From the UHGV virus genome UHGV-0072940: DNA of 16,360 nt. The stretch is one strand, 5' to 3'. This stretch comes from a virus. Made by a program: the position numbers and the translations under genes. This document shows, in pieces, positions 13,861 to 16,360 of the stretch; position 1 is the stretch's first letter; every line of letters begins with the position of its first letter. The notes below the pieces were generated by a model. That model was not told the DNA's origin. It ran no database searches and was given only the letters and a program-made list of their open reading frames with translations.

Positions 13861-13995
13861 ATGAATAAAGCATTTGAACGATGGGTCCACCAGCGTTACG
13901 GCAATCGCTATGATCTGACGCGAGATGTTGACGGTTTCTACTGTCGTGAAGTTGTGAAGCGAATGTTTGAAATGTGGTGCCACTGCCGTGGATGA
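13861..13995 (+). CDS. small hypothetical protein (44 aa), candidate only
   Basis: ATG 13861 is 3 nt after the preceding stop. MNKAFERWVHQRYGNRYDLTRDVDGFYCREVVKRMFEMWCHCRG. Below the ORF-track cut-off. Confidence 0.35.
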   Translation: MNKAFERWVHQRYGNRYDLTRDVDGFYCREVVKRMFEMWCHCRG

Positions 13996-14013
13996 AAGTT
14001 TTATGAGGTTGGC

Positions 14014-14268
14014 ATGCAGACAATCATCTATCAGATAACCCCCAGCAAATGGTGTACGGAGAGAGTCCTTATTGCATCAACAGGGCTAAAGCCCGGCACC
14101 ATCGAGCGGGCCAGGAGAAAGTCATGGATGCAGGGAAAAGAATACCGCCATTACGCTGTAGAAGGTGATCCTGGGCATTACAGTGAATGCCTGTACAACA
14201 TCGAAGAAATTATGCGATGGATCGAAAACCAGAAACAACCAGGTGCCAAAAATGCAAGTTCCGGTTAA
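14014..14268 (+). CDS. putative excisionase / recombination directionality factor
   Basis: 84-aa basic protein immediately upstream of, and co-oriented with, the integrase. GAGG RBS. Called by position and size; it does not resemble lambda Xis. Confidence 0.5.
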   Translation: MQTIIYQITPSKWCTERVLIASTGLKPGTIERARRKSWMQGKEYRHYAVEGDPGHYSECLYNIEEIMRWIENQKQPGAKNASSG

Positions 14269-14301
14269 CCTGTTAATGCTCCTGGACGTCTGGGAGGTTT
14301 A

Positions 14302-15588
14302 ATGAGTAACGTATCATACCCGACAGGCGTTGAAAACCATGGAGGATCACTCCGTATATGGTTTCACTATAATGGCAAACGTGTCAGAGAAAACCTCGGT
14401 GTTCCTGACACCGCCAAAAACCGGAAGATCGCAGGTGAACTTCGCACTTCCGTTTGTTTTGCAATCAGAATGGGGAGTTTCGACTACGCCACACAGTTCC
14501 CTAATTCCCCTAACCTGAAACACTTTGGTCTGGGAAAAAGAGAGATAACCGTTAAGGCACTTTCGGAAAAATGGTTGGACCTTAAGAAAATTGAGATTTG
14601 TGCGAATGCACTTAATCGTTACCAGTCAGTAATTAAAAACATGTTGCCTATGTTGGGTGAGAAAAAACTGGTTTCATCCATAACAAAAGAGGATTTACTT
14701 TTCGCAAGGAGAGATTTGTTGACCGGTTACCAAAAGCTTTCTAATGGAAAGATTTCTTCCATAAAAGGGCGCTCAGTGGTCACAGTAAACTACTATATGA
14801 CAACCATAGCTGGAATGTTTCAATTTGCAACAGATAATGGTTATACCTCAGGAAACCCATTTAACGGTCTGGCTCCCTTAAAAAAGTCCAAGGTAAAACC
14901 AGATCCTCTCACCCGTGACGAATTTATTCGTTTTATTGAGGCTTGCCGTCATCAACAAACAAAAAACCTGTGGATTCTCGCTGTATACACGGGTATTCGT
15001 CACGGGGAGTTGGTATCGCTGGCATGGGAAGATATAGACCTTAAAGCAAGGACTATAACCATCCGTAGAAATTATACAAAACTTGGCGAATTCACTCCAC
15101 CAAAAACCGATGCAGGCACCGGAAGGACAATTCATCTGGTTCAACCAGCTATTGATGCTCTTAAAAGCCAGGCGGAAATGACCATGCTTGGAAAGCAACA
15201 TTCTGTAGAGGTGAAGCAGAGGGAATATGGGAGAACTGCTGTGCATAAATGCACTTTTGTTTTTAGTCCTCAGGTAACAAAACAGCAGCAGTTGTCCGGA
15301 CCTCACTACAAGGTTGACTCCATCAGGGAGTCATGGACAAGTATCTTAAAACGCGCAGGTCTGAGACACAGAAAATCGTACCAATCCAGGCATACTTATG
15401 CATGCTGGTCACTTGCCGCTGGAGCTAATCCTAGTTTTATCGCAAGCCAGATGGGCCACACAAACGCACAAATGGTATTCAATGTTTACGGAGCATGGAT
15501 GAAAGACAACAATCACGAACAGATAGAACTCCTTAACAAAAGACTATCTGAAAGTGTCCCATGTATGCCCCATAAGAAAGTGGGGTAA
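14302..15588 (+). CDS. int: tyrosine-type site-specific integrase
   Basis: 428 aa. The C-terminal catalytic region carries the conserved residues in the expected order (R in YTGIRHGEL, HTYACW, GHTNAQMVFNVYGAW with the tyrosine nucleophile). GGAGG RBS. Larger than and distinct from lambda Int. Confidence 0.9.
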   Translation: MSNVSYPTGVENHGGSLRIWFHYNGKRVRENLGVPDTAKNRKIAGELRTSVCFAIRMGSFDYATQFPNSPNLKHFGLGKREITVKALSEKWLDLKKIEICANALNRYQSVIKNMLPMLGEKKLVSSITKEDLLFARRDLLTGYQKLSNGKISSIKGRSVVTVNYYMTTIAGMFQFATDNGYTSGNPFNGLAPLKKSKVKPDPLTRDEFIRFIEACRHQQTKNLWILAVYTGIRHGELVSLAWEDIDLKARTITIRRNYTKLGEFTPPKTDAGTGRTIHLVQPAIDALKSQAEMTMLGKQHSVEVKQREYGRTAVHKCTFVFSPQVTKQQQLSGPHYKVDSIRESWTSILKRAGLRHRKSYQSRHTYACWSLAAGANPSFIASQMGHTNAQMVFNVYGAWMKDNNHEQIELLNKRLSESVPCMPHKKVG

Positions 15589-15662
15589 AATAAAAACTTG
15601 TAAAATCAGTTAGTTTACCCTTAATCCCTGTCACGTTACGCGCGTGGCAGAGGCGTTACGGA
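15589..15662. other. prophage-host junction (att region) at the integrase-proximal end
   Basis: The integrase stop is followed within about 40 nt by the point where similarity to a MerR-family HTH (PVTLRAWQRRYGLLKPQRTDGGHRLF) begins in the downstream frame. The exact core cannot be placed without the other prophage end. Confidence 0.5.
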
Positions 15663-16310
15663 TTGCTGAAACCGCAACGGACAGACGGCGGTCATCGGCT
15701 GTTCAACGATGCCGATATTGACCGGATCCGCGAGATCAAACGCTGGATCGACAACGGCGTGCAGGTCAGCAAAGTTAAAATGCTGCTCAGTAATGAAAAT
15801 GTTGATGTGCAGAACGGCTGGCGCGATCAGCAAGAAACATTACTGACTTACCTGCAAAGCGGCAATCTACATAGCCTGCGAACGTGGATCAAAGAGCGCG
15901 GTCAGGATTACCCCGCCCAGACACTCACCACACATCTGTTTATTCCTCTGCGCCGACGGCTTCAGTGCCAACAACCGACTCTCCAGGCGCTGCTGGCGAT
16001 CCTCGACGGCGTACTGATCAACTACATCGCCATTTGTCTGGCTTCGGCACGTAAAAAACAGGGTAAAGATGCGCTGGTGGTTGGCTGGAATATTCAGGAT
16101 ACCACCCGTCTGTGGCTGGAGGGCTGGATTGCCAGTCAACAAGGATGGCGCATTGATGTCCTCGCCCACTCGCTCAATCAACTACGCCCTGAACTATTCG
16201 AAGGCCGTACATTGCTGGTGTGGTGCGGTGAAAATCGAACCTCCGCCCAACAGCAGCAACTCACCAGTTGGCAAGAACAAGGCCATGATATTTTCCCACT
16301 CGGCATTTAA
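15627..16310 (+). pseudogene. mlrA: MerR-family transcriptional regulator, 5'-truncated by prophage insertion (mlrA/yehV-like)
   Basis: The frame encodes PVTLRAWQRRYGLLKPQRTDGGHRLFNDADIDRIREIKRWIDNG and continues to a stop at 16310. Upstream in frame there is no ATG or GTG before a stop at 15591, so the first ~15-20 codons of the HTH are missing. The mlrA assignment rests on recollection that Stx-type lambdoid prophages insert in yehV; the paralogue bluR cannot be excluded without a search. Confidence 0.6.
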
Positions 16311-16360
16311 TGATTCGTTAACAAATGCGCTTTACTGTACAATCCTTTCGTTAACATAAG

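Noticed and set aside
14014-14300. search for a CII-dependent pI promoter (TTGC-N6-TTGC) inside the excisionase-like gene
   Set aside because: No convincing repeat was found on the plus strand, so no pI is reported.
14878-15306. 142-aa minus-strand ORF inside the integrase gene
   Set aside because: Antisense to the integrase, whose frame carries the catalytic tyrosine-recombinase residues.
15636-16359. ORFs 15636..15833 (minus), 15867..16181 (minus) and 16069..16359 (plus)
   Set aside because: They overlap the MerR-family regulator coding frame, which has clear family similarity throughout.

Overview
This window is about 15.6 kb of one arm of a lambdoid prophage, ending at its junction with a truncated host MerR-family regulator gene (mlrA/yehV-like). 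Lambda is conventionally drawn the other way round, so O, P and ren are on the minus strand here. Reading left to right: a nin region (partial NinE-like ORF, Dam-like N6-adenine methyltransferase, NinB, Lar-family restriction-alleviation protein, a 71-aa ORF), a tR2-like terminator, ren, P, O with the ori iterons inside it, the OOP antisense RNA, cII, nutR, cro, the OR/PR/PRM switch, a cI repressor of a non-lambda immunity type, a three-gene operon downstream of cI in the position rexA-rexB occupies in lambda, a terminator, OL/PL, nutL, N, three accessory ORFs, then a lambda-like block (ea10, cIII, kil, gam, bet, exo, orf60a), further small ORFs including a TraR/DksA-like zinc finger, an Ea22-like protein and a DUF551 protein, an excisionase-like gene and a tyrosine integrase. 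The strongest candidate for an undescribed system is the cI-linked operon at 4990..6453: three unrecognised proteins, the last membrane-anchored, with no terminator between them and cI. All protein identities are from reading the translations and recalling lambda-family proteins; no database search was run.
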